64,000 nt of DNA from Candidatus Hydrogenedentota bacterium (GTDB lineage: Bacteria; Hydrogenedentota; Hydrogenedentia; Hydrogenedentales; SLHB01), in assembly GCA_045863335.1 (NCBI GenBank), contig BTVY01000023.1, positions 15,755 through 79,754 on the forward strand. The letters run 5' to 3'. This document shows, one piece after another, positions 1 to 8,924 of this stretch. The position numbers and the translations under genes are program-made. How positions within the stretch are numbered: position 1 is the stretch's first letter; each line of letters begins with the position of its first letter. Under the pieces are notes generated by a model. It was given only the letters and a program-made list of their open reading frames with translations. It was not told the origin of the DNA and ran no database searches.

Positions 1-289
1 TCTGCGGATCGAAGTACACGACCAGGTCGCGGATGACGTTTTCGGACAGTCGAAAATGGTTCTCGAGCTTGCCTACAAATTCCGGGCTCGATTCAAACCG
101 GAGAAGCACATAAACTCCTTCGGTCTGTTTCTTTACCTCGTAGGCCAGTTTCCTCTTGCCCCAGATTTCCGAGCGCACGATAGTCCCGCCATTGGTCGTC
201 ACAAGGGATTCCACATCCTTGGCTATCGTCTGGATCTCATCGTCCTGCACATCCGGCTTGACGATGTAGAGCGCTTCGTACGTTCTCAA
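1..289 (-). CDS. rpsF: 30S ribosomal protein S6 (partial; C-terminus beyond window edge)
   Basis: Own minus-strand translation: MRTYEALYIVKPDVQDDEIQTIAKDVESLVTTNGGTIVRSEIWGKRKLAYEVKKQTEGVYVLLRFESSPEFVGKLENHFRLSENVIRDLVVYFDPQ, which has the S6-like pattern (GKRKLAY, FR.SENVIRD). TTG start at 289 preceded by GGAGG. Absent from ORF track because it runs off the edge. Confidence 0.6.
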   Translation of the reverse strand, partial: MRTYEALYIVKPDVQDDEIQTIAKDVESLVTTNGGTIVRSEIWGKRKLAYEVKKQTEGVYVLLRFESSPEFVGKLENHFRLSENVIRDLVVYFDPQ

Positions 290-448
290 TGCATTCACCT
301 CCTCACAATTGACGGTTTGGTACCCAGGCGGTTTTAGGGCACGAACGGGGAAGCATAGCAAACGGAGAATTCAAAGCGCAAATCGATGCGGGGATTGGAC
401 AAAGTCCTAGTCGTCCTATCGGTCCCATACGTCCTGTTCCCGCGGAAA

Positions 449-1738
449 TCAAAGGATCTGCGCGTAGTCCGCTTCAATCCGCTGCAGATTCAAGCGGTTG
501 AGGAAACTCGAATAGCACATCCAACTGACCAATGCGTTCAGATCGGAGAAGACCGGCGGCAGATACTTGGGCGCCGCGACCAACCCCTCGTCCACGAGAC
601 CGGCAAGCGTCCGGATGTCCTCCAGCGTGGCCTTACCGCAAAACAGGAGTGGGATGCGCTCCGGAATACCCCGCGTCACGGCTAGGCGCAGGTAGTTGTA
701 AACCAGCACGAAACCTTTGCTGTAGCAGATGTCCTTGGTGAACGGCGCACCGTCGGGGGTGCTTCCGCGGAAAACGCGGACCGTGTTGGTATAGCTCTCG
801 ATATCGGAGAAGCTCTGGGCGCGGTAAAACTCGAAAACCTCGACGAAGTTCGCCCCGGACTCCGCCATATGGACCGCCCGAACCCGGTTCGTCAACCGCC
901 GCAGACGTGCCGGATGGGATGCAAAGGCCAGGATTTCCGCGATGATCGCCAAGCCTTCCTGGGTTACCGTTGAGGAGGGCGGCCCCTTGCTCAGGAACGT
1001 GCAAACTGGCTGGTTGAGGCCGTTTAGCGTGGTCCCCACGTGTACCCAGCCTTCGTGAATCTCCAGCAGCCGCAGGTCCCGCTGGCTGAACCGGGCCTCT
1101 TTGCGAATCTTGATGTAGTCGGACCCGGCGGCGGCGTCGGCCACGATGCCGTCGCTCAGGCGCACCCGGACGCGTCGGTCCGCGTCGTGGAAGTAATCGC
1201 GCATCCGCTGCTGAAGAATGGCTACCGCGTCCTCCCCGCTAATGGTGCGATCCTCCTGTTGGGAGAGCGCACTCCGGTCGATGTTTTCCAGGGCTTCGGT
1301 CAACATCGTGGCGAGATCGAAGAGCGTGGGATCGCCCGCATGAAACACGTCTCCCGCGCTGCCGTAGAGCTTCTGGGACAACTCCGAAAACTCGGGCGTG
1401 CCCCGGCATTCCAGCATGCGGACGACCATGCGGTACTCACGGCACATGCGTTGCATCAAGACGCCAACGGGATTGAACTGGCCCAACTGCCGCTGGATGT
1501 CCCGTTCGATTTCGTGGAGTTCCTGCTTCTTGTCCTCGGGATCGAAGGGGAGCGGGCGTTGGGCGTAGTACGCGGCGTCGACGGCGGGCAGTTCCCGGCA
1601 GTCCTTTTCAAAGAACGACACGAGCACCGCCGGATCCCACTTGATCGCGTCGAGCACGCGAATGGGGCGCTGCGCCTCCACCACCCGATCCGAAAGCAGC
1701 CGAACCGTCTGCCGGTAATTCTCTTCTGTCGTATCCAT
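449..1738 (-). CDS. DUF1704 family protein (QEGLA-motif, flavohemoglobin expression-modulating-like)
   Basis: 488-aa ORF contains the TQEGLAIIAEILAFASHP (QEGLA) motif. Start trimmed to internal ATG (MDTTEENYRQ). Confidence 0.5.
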   Translation of the reverse strand: MDTTEENYRQTVRLLSDRVVEAQRPIRVLDAIKWDPAVLVSFFEKDCRELPAVDAAYYAQRPLPFDPEDKKQELHEIERDIQRQLGQFNPVGVLMQRMCREYRMVVRMLECRGTPEFSELSQKLYGSAGDVFHAGDPTLFDLATMLTEALENIDRSALSQQEDRTISGEDAVAILQQRMRDYFHDADRRVRVRLSDGIVADAAAGSDYIKIRKEARFSQRDLRLLEIHEGWVHVGTTLNGLNQPVCTFLSKGPPSSTVTQEGLAIIAEILAFASHPARLRRLTNRVRAVHMAESGANFVEVFEFYRAQSFSDIESYTNTVRVFRGSTPDGAPFTKDICYSKGFVLVYNYLRLAVTRGIPERIPLLFCGKATLEDIRTLAGLVDEGLVAAPKYLPPVFSDLNALVSWMCYSSFLNRLNLQRIEADYAQIL

Positions 1739-1846
1739 ACACCCGCCGAATACCAAGACCCGAAACTGCCGAATACTACCACGTTCTGCCTTATCCCGCG
1801 AATGTGCCACGTGCAGTCTCGAAGGAAGAATTGGTCCAGGATGTGA

Positions 1847-1889
1847 TGCAGGCTTCCAGCCTGCGACAGAGGCAGGCTGGAAGCCTGCA
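1847..1889. repeat. Perfect 18-bp inverted repeat (tGCAGGCTTCCAGCCTGC-gacagag-GCAGGCTGGAAGCCTGCa); each arm is itself palindromic
   Basis: Read directly. Lies in the divergent region between the DUF1704 gene start (1738, minus) and the queC start (2090, plus). No U-tract on either side. Confidence 0.6.
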
Positions 1890-2089
1890 CCACAACCACT
1901 GCTCAGTCGTGCCAACGAGGAGTTCGCAACTGTTGCCGGAGGCGCGGGAATCCATCCACCGGAAACTCGTGCCGCTGCGAACAGGAAGTTGAAAACCTCC
2001 GATCAAAAACGGCAACGTGGACACTAAGCGCGGGTTCGCCCGGACCGCGCAGCTTAACGATCGGTACTCCACCACAAGGCTTTAGTTCT

Positions 2090-2785
2090 ATGAGCAACGA
2101 TACCTCATCGGGGGCCGTGGTCCTGGTAAGCGGCGGAATCGATTCCTCCGTGCTGCTCCATCACGTGTCGCGGAATTTGAAACATGCGCCCCTTCATGTC
2201 TTGAGTTTTAACTACGGCCAGCGCCATTCGAAGGAAATCGATTGCGCCCGCTGGCAGGCGGATGCCGTCGATGCGGACGCCCACCGCATCATCGACATCA
2301 GTTTCATGGGCGGGCTGGTGCGCGGGGCGTCGGCACTCATCTCCGGCGGAAAGACCGTTCCCGAATTCGCGGCGTTGGCCCCCTCGGACCTGGACCAGCC
2401 GCCGACTTACGTGCCGAACCGCAACATGATTCTCCTTTCAATCGCGGCGGCTTATGCGGAGGCCCACGGCATTCGCAACGTGTTCTACGGCGCCCAGGCT
2501 TTGGATGAGTATGGCTATTGGGATTGTACGACCGACTTCCTGGAACGCGTCAACGCGGTGCTCTCCCTGAACCGTAGAGAGCGCGTCACCGTTCACGCGC
2601 CTTTCATTGAAAAAAGAAAGGCGGACTCAGTTCGGCTCGGGCAGGAGCTGGGCGTCTTGTTTACCCAGACTTGGTCGTGCTATCGCGGAGAGGAAAAAGC
2701 CTGTGGGGTTTGCCCGACCTGCGTGGAACGGTTGAAGGCGTTCCAAGAGGCCGGCATCGAAGACCCCGTTCCCTATGAGACCTAG
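2090..2785 (+). CDS. queC: 7-cyano-7-deazaguanine synthase QueC
   Basis: PP-loop VSGGIDSS, NYGQRH, and C-terminal zinc motif CGVCPTC. 231 aa. Confidence 0.85.
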   Translation: MSNDTSSGAVVLVSGGIDSSVLLHHVSRNLKHAPLHVLSFNYGQRHSKEIDCARWQADAVDADAHRIIDISFMGGLVRGASALISGGKTVPEFAALAPSDLDQPPTYVPNRNMILLSIAAAYAEAHGIRNVFYGAQALDEYGYWDCTTDFLERVNAVLSLNRRERVTVHAPFIEKRKADSVRLGQELGVLFTQTWSCYRGEEKACGVCPTCVERLKAFQEAGIEDPVPYET

Positions 2786-2813
2786 TGGGTTCGAACTGCC
2801 GGGATAGGAACAC

Positions 2814-3641
2814 ATGCTGAACAATCAAGTCGTTCTCATCACCGGCTGTTCCTCGGGGATTGGCCGGGCCTTGGCCGTCGAATTTGCAATGCAGGGGCAC
2901 CGGGTCATCGCTTCCGCGCGCAGACCCGAAAGCATCGCGGATCTGACCGCGCAACAGATCGAAACCGCACAGATCGATGTGACCGACCCGGCATCGATCA
3001 AGGACGCTGTGGAAACGATTATCGCCGCTGCGGGTCGAATCGACATCCTCGTCAACAACGCGGGCTTCGGCCAAATCGCTCCCATGATCGACGTGCCCAT
3101 CGAGAAACTCCGGCTGCAACTCGAAACCAATGTCATCGGCGCCGTCGCCATGATGCGGGCCGTGGCTCCCCATATGATTCGGCAGCGCCACGGACGCATC
3201 GTCCAGATCGGGAGCATCTCGGGAATCCTGACGACCCCCTTCGCCGGCTCCTACTGCGCGTCCAAGGCGGCGTTGCACGCCCTGTCCGAATCGGCGCGGA
3301 TGGAACTCAAGCCTTTCGGAATCGACACGATCATCGTTCAACCCGGAGGCGTGACGACGCGATTCGGCGACACATCGACCGGCCACATCGTGATGCGTCC
3401 CGGGTCGGTATATGGCGGGATCGCCGGGCATATCGCGGCACGCGCCCAAACGTCTCAGCACGGCGCGGCCCCTGTGGACAAGGTCGCCCGGAAGATTGTC
3501 GCTGCGGCCACGCGTTCCCGGCCGCCTCGCGTACTCCGCCTGGGGCGTGGAGGACACCGGTATCCCCTGATTAAGCGGCTTGTGCCCGATGCGCTGCTCG
3601 ACAGGGTCCTCATGAAGATGTTTGGGCTGTCGGAGTTGTAG
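2814..3641 (+). CDS. Short-chain dehydrogenase/reductase (SDR)
   Basis: TGCSSGIGRA Rossmann motif, NNAG, catalytic YCASKAA (YxxxK). Confidence 0.8.
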   Translation: MLNNQVVLITGCSSGIGRALAVEFAMQGHRVIASARRPESIADLTAQQIETAQIDVTDPASIKDAVETIIAAAGRIDILVNNAGFGQIAPMIDVPIEKLRLQLETNVIGAVAMMRAVAPHMIRQRHGRIVQIGSISGILTTPFAGSYCASKAALHALSESARMELKPFGIDTIIVQPGGVTTRFGDTSTGHIVMRPGSVYGGIAGHIAARAQTSQHGAAPVDKVARKIVAAATRSRPPRVLRLGRGGHRYPLIKRLVPDALLDRVLMKMFGLSEL

Positions 3642-3717
3642 GGGGCAGTGAGATTCGTTTTCCTCGGATACGTGCCTGAAAAGCGAGGACTCGCGCGCGA
3701 CCGTCCGATCCTTCCCG

Positions 3718-4641
3718 CTATCGCCCTATAACCGATACGCTGCCGCTGAACGATCGAGCCCTTACGCGGGCAGCGCCGCTTCCAGCAACATACTCGAGGG
3801 ATCGGCCCGGACCAAACTTGGGTTCGTTTACCTCTCCCCCGAAATCGCTATCAATGCCTCCGCTGAAGGTGTTCAGATCCAACGAGACCGGAGACCCCGC
3901 GGGAAGCACGATATCGATGCTGCCGCTGTGGGTTTGAAGTTCGGCCTCTCCGTTGGCAGCGATCGCGCCGATGAAATCGACCGAACCGGAGACCGTCTCG
4001 CATTGAAGCAACTCCACGTCCACGGATTCGATATCGATGCTCCCACTCACCGTGGACGCCGCGATGCGTTCCATACGAGTTCGCACCGTATCCGGGTCGT
4101 CGGGAGCGGAACGGAGCGGGGCATTGGAAGCCACCATAATGTCCACCTTGCCGCTGACCGTTTTTGCCTCAACGCTGGTCGGACGGCCTTCGACTTCCAG
4201 TGAACCGCTTACCGTTTCGGCGCGCACCCGGCCCGCGGTTTGCAGGGCCTCGACTTTTCCGCTGACGGTGCGCAGGTCCAGGCCGCCTTCCACATCCTCA
4301 ACTTCAATCTTCGCGCTGACGCATTCCACCTGAACCGTTGCGCCGAAGGGCACGCGCACTAGCAGGCTGGCTTCCTTGGGACGCTTGTTCGGGTTCGACA
4401 CGCGAATGGTCAAGCGGTCTTCGGTACCGCTGAACTCCAGGACATCCGAATCGGAGCCCAGTTTTCCCGTCACTTCGACGACGGCCTGCTCCCATCCGAG
4501 GATGTCAACGGAGCCTTTCGTGTTGGTGACATCTACAGCCACGTCCCGTGTGGCTGGCCGCAACTCTTCGATTTGCGTCTCGGCAATTGCCACCCCGACG
4601 ATTGCCGCCGCGACGATCGCGATTCGTACATAAGTCTCCAT
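3718..4641 (-). CDS. DUF4097 (YvlB/LiaF-like putative adhesin beta-helix) domain protein
   Basis: Repeated TVSGSV/TVSGKV/HSGSID beta-helix repeats and an N-terminal TM helix. Immediately downstream of the anti-sigma gene on the same strand. Confidence 0.6.
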   Translation of the reverse strand: METYVRIAIVAAAIVGVAIAETQIEELRPATRDVAVDVTNTKGSVDILGWEQAVVEVTGKLGSDSDVLEFSGTEDRLTIRVSNPNKRPKEASLLVRVPFGATVQVECVSAKIEVEDVEGGLDLRTVSGKVEALQTAGRVRAETVSGSLEVEGRPTSVEAKTVSGKVDIMVASNAPLRSAPDDPDTVRTRMERIAASTVSGSIDIESVDVELLQCETVSGSVDFIGAIAANGEAELQTHSGSIDIVLPAGSPVSLDLNTFSGGIDSDFGGEVNEPKFGPGRSLEYVAGSGAARVRARSFSGSVSVIGR

Positions 4642-4652
4642 TACCCAATCCC

Positions 4653-5303
4653 CTAGAGTTGCGCAGGCAATTGCGTCGCCTGCTGCAAGAGGTCCACTTC
4701 CTGATCGTAGGCGGCCACGAGTGACCGAATGAGCTGTTGATTGGCGGGGTCCTGTTTCAACGCCGCCTTTATCTCGGCAATCGCGGTGCCGATAATCGCG
4801 AGATTCTCATCCACCACCGCAACCGTTTCCGGCGACAACTGGTCGCGCGAGTCATCCAGCGCTTGCACCAGGAGCGCGCGGGCCTGGCCGTACTCGGCCT
4901 CGACAAGCGCCAATTCCGAGCCGTCCGTTTTGCCGGGCTCAACGAGCGTCACAGTCGTGTCCTGCGGCGGCGTGCCCCATTGGAATTGCGCGAACAGGAT
5001 TCCCGCGAAGAAGACGGCCGCAAAGGACGCCGCAAGCAAGGCGTACCGGTACCGGCCCGAGCCTTTCGGTCGTTCCGGCTCGCGCCGCTCCAGGCGCGCT
5101 TCGATACCCGCCCAGAGATCGCGCTGCGGCGTCACGGTCTTCGGGAGCGCCGCCGCTTCGTCCATCACCCGCCGCAGCGAAGTTTCCAAGGCTCGATAAT
5201 CCGCGTCTCGCGCGAGTTCTTGCTCCACGGTTGCCGCTTCCTCGGGCGTCAACACGCCGTCGAGATAGTCGTTCAACCGGGCTTCCCGATCATCCACGTT
5301 CAT
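4653..5303 (-). CDS. Anti-sigma factor (single-pass membrane protein)
   Basis: N-terminal anti-sigma-like helix (LNDYLDGVLTPEEAATVEQELA) and a central TM segment (YALLAASFAAVFFAGILFA). The start overlaps the sigma stop (ATGA). Confidence 0.55.
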   Translation of the reverse strand: MNVDDREARLNDYLDGVLTPEEAATVEQELARDADYRALETSLRRVMDEAAALPKTVTPQRDLWAGIEARLERREPERPKGSGRYRYALLAASFAAVFFAGILFAQFQWGTPPQDTTVTLVEPGKTDGSELALVEAEYGQARALLVQALDDSRDQLSPETVAVVDENLAIIGTAIAEIKAALKQDPANQQLIRSLVAAYDQEVDLLQQATQLPAQL

Positions 5304-5827
5304 TGCAACTGTTCCCTCAGGAGTTTCCTCGCCCGATGGAGATGCGCTTTCGAGGTGCCCGTTGCCAGGCCCGTCATCTCCGCAATCTCTTCGTGCTTGT
5401 ACCCCTCGACGTCGTGCAGGATGAACACCTGCTTCGCGCCGGGAGGCAGCGTCGCGATTGCCGCTTCGAGGTCCACCCGTAACCCCGGCCGCCGGTGGTC
5501 GCCATCGGCGTGCGGCAGATCCGACAAATCCTCACGTTCGACCACCCGCGCGTTTCTGCGCGCCTGCGATCGCTTGTCCCCGAGCACTACGTTAAACGTC
5601 AACCGGTACAGCCACGAGTAGAACGCGCTGTCACCCCGAAATGAACCGAGCTTTTCCCAGGCCCGGATAAACGCTTCCTGCGTCAGGTCCTCCGCCAAGG
5701 TCCGTTGCCCGCACATGCGCAGGCATAGACCGTACACGCGGTTCACGTGCAGCCGGTACAACTCTTCGAAGGCGCGCCGGTCGCCATCTTGCGCCCGACG
5801 CACCAGCAGCATGTCGTCCGGCGCCAT
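5300..5827 (-). CDS. RNA polymerase ECF (sigma-70 family) sigma factor
   Basis: Region 2 (LVRRAQDGDRRAFEELYRLHVNRVYGLCLRM...DLTQEAF) and region 4 (VFILHDVEGYKHEEIAEMTGLATGTSKAHLHRAR). Start set at MAPDD. Confidence 0.8.
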   Translation of the reverse strand: MAPDDMLLVRRAQDGDRRAFEELYRLHVNRVYGLCLRMCGQRTLAEDLTQEAFIRAWEKLGSFRGDSAFYSWLYRLTFNVVLGDKRSQARRNARVVEREDLSDLPHADGDHRRPGLRVDLEAAIATLPPGAKQVFILHDVEGYKHEEIAEMTGLATGTSKAHLHRARKLLREQLQ

Positions 5828-5962
5828 TGTTTCCGTCGCTGGCACCTGCGGTCCTTCTCCTCGCCCTGACCTGTCCTGCCTCAACGCGTTCTCATCCCTT
5901 ACGATACCGCTCGTGCACCTTTGGTTTACCGGCGGGATCCAGTATACGCGGGAGCGCGTTGA

Positions 5963-5987
5963 GCGTTCCCCAGGCCTTTGCTACAAT
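5963..5987 (-). promoter_or_regulatory. Candidate ECF-type promoter (GGAAC-N16-CGTA) upstream of the sigma gene
   Basis: Minus strand reads GGGAACgctcaacgcgctcccgCGTAtac, ~130 nt upstream of the sigma start. This is the classical AAC / CGT ECF promoter architecture. Confidence 0.3.
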
Positions 5988-6026
5988 AAGCGTTTAGCTT
6001 GAAGGGCCTGTCACGCGGCCTTTCAT

Positions 6027-6821
6027 ATGGAGCACGCCTTGAGTCACGACCCCTTTCATATAGCGGGACGCGAATTTCGGTCGCGTCTCATGGTAGGTAC
6101 AGGCAAGTTTCCGTCCACCGAATCCCTGCGCGCCACGTTGGACGCGTCGGACGCGGAGATCGTCACCGTGGCCCTTCGGCGCGCCGACTTGGCTAACCCC
6201 AAGGGCGACGGGATCTTATCTGCCATCGACCCCGCCCGGCACCTGCTCTTGCCGAACACGTCCGGGGCACGCACCGCCGAGGAAGCGGTCCGGCTCGCAA
6301 AGCTTGCCCGGGCCGCGGGATGCGAACCCTGGGTCAAGCTCGAACTCACGCCGGAACCCCGCTATCTTCTGCCCGATCCGATCGAGACCTTGCGCGCCGC
6401 GGAACTGCTGGTCAAAGACGGGTTCGTCGTCTTGCCTTACATCCAACCGGATCCCATTCTCGCGAAGCGGTTGGAAGAGGTTGGAACGGCGACGGTCATG
6501 CCGCTGGGCGCGCCTATCGGCAGCAACCGGGGCGTCAAATCGCGGGACCTCATCAAGATCATCATCGAGCAGGCGACGGTCCCGGTCGTCGTCGATGCGG
6601 GGCTGGGCGCGCCGTCCCACGCGGCGGAATCCATGGAACTCGGCGCCGATGCAGTACTCGTGAATACGGCCCTCGCCGACGCCACCGATCACGGGGCCAT
6701 GGCCAAGGCCTTCGCCATGGCCACGGTGGCCGGACGCATGGCCTACCTCGCCGGCCTCGGCCCGGAGCGCAGCACCGCCGAAGCGTCCTCGCCTTTGACG
6801 GGTTTCCTGGATTCGATGTAG
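6027..6821 (+). CDS. thiG: Thiazole synthase ThiG
   Basis: [13 protein letters not shown]-terminus, TIM-barrel ThiG pattern; 264 aa. Confidence 0.85.
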   Translation: MEHALSHDPFHIAGREFRSRLMVGTGKFPSTESLRATLDASDAEIVTVALRRADLANPKGDGILSAIDPARHLLLPNTSGARTAEEAVRLAKLARAAGCEPWVKLELTPEPRYLLPDPIETLRAAELLVKDGFVVLPYIQPDPILAKRLEEVGTATVMPLGAPIGSNRGVKSRDLIKIIIEQATVPVVVDAGLGAPSHAAESMELGADAVLVNTALADATDHGAMAKAFAMATVAGRMAYLAGLGPERSTAEASSPLTGFLDSM

Positions 6822-6845
6822 ACGGGGAGGATCACCGTTCGCTCG

Positions 6846-7298
6846 TCAGCCGGATCCAAGCAAATCTTCGCCGTATCTCACGAGAAGCGCTTTAATGATG
6901 CGGACCTTGTCCGTCGGTTCGGGGCCAAACCTTGGGCGTTCTTCGGGGTCGCGAAATTCTTCGTAGCGGTTCCGGTTCGGCACTTCGGAAGTCTCACTCG
7001 TCACGTAGACCAGGGCATCTGCCCCGCGATCCATGGCCGCCCGGATCATCTTACGCTGAATCTTTTCGACACCAACCTTGTTGGCCTGCGCGCGTGCCGT
7101 GAGATTTCCGATGACGGTGTACGGCCCTTCGATATCTTCCAGTGCGAACAACACATCGACTTTATCGGAAGGTGCGAAAACGTCCCCCTTGTACTCCAGG
7201 GTCGTGCAGGACAGGCCGCCGCACAGCAGCCCTGCAAACAGCAGCGCAACTGCACCTTGCGGATACCATAGTCGGACTTTGGCAAACGGCTTACGCAT
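6846..7298 (-). CDS. Secreted/lipoprotein-like hypothetical protein
   Basis: N-terminal signal peptide with Cys-rich end (LLCGGLSCTT). No recognised domain. Confidence 0.4.
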   Translation of the reverse strand: MRKPFAKVRLWYPQGAVALLFAGLLCGGLSCTTLEYKGDVFAPSDKVDVLFALEDIEGPYTVIGNLTARAQANKVGVEKIQRKMIRAAMDRGADALVYVTSETSEVPNRNRYEEFRDPEERPRFGPEPTDKVRIIKALLVRYGEDLLGSG

Positions 7299-7453
7299 CT
7301 GCGGTTCTTCCCGGCGTCGTCGTGACGATTTCGAACGGAACGTTGGTGAAGGAGACCGAAGCCCTGTCCGGTTTGCTCAAGAGTGGGCTCGTGCAATGCG
7401 AACCGGGCTTCAGCCTCTCGCCCAGTGTACCACGGGACAGGCCGTGATTCCGA

Positions 7454-7777
7454 TCAGGGTGTTCGGCCAGAGATCGTGTCCTTAGACATGAAGAGCGGCC
7501 CCAGCAACACGACCCACAGCGGAAAGAGCAGCAGCACCCAGCCGGCAAACCGAATGTACAGCGGCGCGATCCGGTAGGGCAGCCGGAATCGGCGGAACCG
7601 GAGAGGGATTCTGGAGATCTGCACCGGGTACCAGATCAACCAGCAGGCTACGGTGATGTAGGCCGTGGCCAATGCACCCGTTGTGACGCTGTGTCCGGCC
7701 CCGAGGGCAGCCCAAAGGTAAAACATGCCGATACAAAGCGTGATGACGCGTTCCCGGTTGGAGGCGTTCTGGTTCAT
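7454..7777 (-). CDS. Small membrane protein (3 predicted TM helices)
   Basis: Hydrophobic 107-aa ORF. Its ATG overlaps the stop of the upstream propeller-protein gene (ATGA). Confidence 0.35.
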   Translation of the reverse strand: MNQNASNRERVITLCIGMFYLWAALGAGHSVTTGALATAYITVACWLIWYPVQISRIPLRFRRFRLPYRIAPLYIRFAGWVLLLFPLWVVLLGPLFMSKDTISGRTP

Positions 7778-8712
7778 GCGAGCACCGCCACGTCATCCAG
7801 GGCCACACGGCCCATGCGGACTTCGTTCGAGCGATTAGGCCGCGCCGCCTCGAAGTACACGAACATTTCGTCCCCGACGCGCAACCAGTGCGAATACCGC
7901 CAGGTATTGTGCAATGGACCCGGTGTTGTGCTGACCAGAAGCGGTGCGTCTGGCGTAAGGTCGTGAAAGGTAACAAGGTCTGGCGTGTACGCCAGGCCGG
8001 TGCAAATGTTGTAATTCGGGTCGTACCACCCGAGCGTGGAGCCTTCGTAAACGAACAGATATCCGAACGCCATTGGCACCACGCTGGCGGGGCGGGTGTA
8101 GAGATTGTGCCAGCCCCCGTTATCGAACACCGGGGCCAAGCTGATCGGCGTCCACGTTTCGCCCTCGTCGCTTCTGAAGAGATACGTGCGTTCAACGCGG
8201 TCAAGCCCGATGACGTACATGTGCCAGCACCCTCTCGCCCACAGAATGACCGGATCCTTGTACCCAATAACCTGGATGGTGTCGTCATCTTCCGCGTCGG
8301 CCTGAAGCACGGTTCGTACGGTGCCGGGGTCGAACGAATCGGGTGAAACCGCGTCATCGAATCGGAGGATCGACCAACCCTCCTTCAGCCACGCGCAGGT
8401 GTACAGCCGGAACTTGCCCGTGGCAGGGTCGATCAGTAGCGTGGGCCGCTCGAAACCCGGCACGCCCGCGTCTTCACGGGTGATGCTTGCGATCGGTTCG
8501 AACCGTACGCCGTCGGCGCTTCGCAGAATCCGAATCTCGTAGCCCCGATACCCCTTCGGCGAATTGCCCTCCCGCATGCGGGCGGCGAGGTAAAAGGTAC
8601 CATTCGCGGCACGGACGACCGACGGCGCGCCCGCCCACCACTCCGGCCGGTCTTCGTCCGGCTCAAGCACGACGCTGTAATCGGCCAGCGCCGATACGAT
8701 TCGCTCAAGCAT
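7774..8712 (-). CDS. Five-bladed beta-propeller glycoside-hydrolase-like protein (GH43/GH32/GH130 superfamily)
   Basis: Composition and motif spacing typical of the beta-propeller GH fold. Start trimmed to ATG (MLERIV) with a GGGGAG RBS. Confidence 0.4.
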   Translation of the reverse strand: MLERIVSALADYSVVLEPDEDRPEWWAGAPSVVRAANGTFYLAARMREGNSPKGYRGYEIRILRSADGVRFEPIASITREDAGVPGFERPTLLIDPATGKFRLYTCAWLKEGWSILRFDDAVSPDSFDPGTVRTVLQADAEDDDTIQVIGYKDPVILWARGCWHMYVIGLDRVERTYLFRSDEGETWTPISLAPVFDNGGWHNLYTRPASVVPMAFGYLFVYEGSTLGWYDPNYNICTGLAYTPDLVTFHDLTPDAPLLVSTTPGPLHNTWRYSHWLRVGDEMFVYFEAARPNRSNEVRMGRVALDDVAVLA

Positions 8713-8924
8713 AAACTGCTGCTCCCCAAGTGCGATCGGAACTACAAAGCACGAAAGCCCGGAGAAAATCAACTGACCTGCCCCGGCTAGCCGGCATCAC
8801 TGCGCGCCACGAGGGCGTCGGCTACGGTCCGCGGCCTTTCTCCGCTCCGCCCAGTGCGCTACAATGAGTGAGAATTCGGAGTCAGCCGCCGAACAGGATA
8901 CGCCAACCCCCAAGGAGGTGTCCG

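Noticed and set aside
1930-2089. Possible preQ1-I riboswitch upstream of queC (CAGGAAGUUGAAAACCUCCGAUCAAAAACGG resembles the hairpin plus A-rich tail of preQ1-I).
   Set aside because: The stem has a mismatch (GGAAG/CCUCC) and the loop lacks the conserved cytosine that pairs with preQ1. The tail is CAAAAACGG rather than AAAAAACUA. Similarity is superficial; a covariance-model scan (RF00522) would be needed to revive it.
2786-2813. tRNA-like T-arm sequence GGGTTCGAAC between queC and the SDR gene.
   Set aside because: Only 28 nt of intergenic space; no acceptor/anticodon arms can be built. No tRNA or rRNA genes detected anywhere in the window.
2661-3557. 298-aa antisense ORF opposite the SDR gene; the same call applies to similar long antisense ORFs at 11440-12336, 19071-19751, 21471-22085, 23486-24196, 26867-27961, 32301-33023, 35028-35615, 38008-39501, 45508-47436, 51051-52748, 52827-53978, 54039-55124, 57146-58507, 59888-60820 and 62832-63794.
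   Set aside because: All are Arg/Gly/His/Pro-rich, lack any recognisable domain, and lie opposite genes with clear family signatures. This is typical of stop-codon-poor antisense frames in ~65% GC DNA.
5885-6026. TPP riboswitch (thi-box) upstream of thiG.
   Set aside because: No CUGAGA/ACCUGAUCUGGAUAAUGCCAGCG-type conserved blocks found in the 140-nt upstream region.
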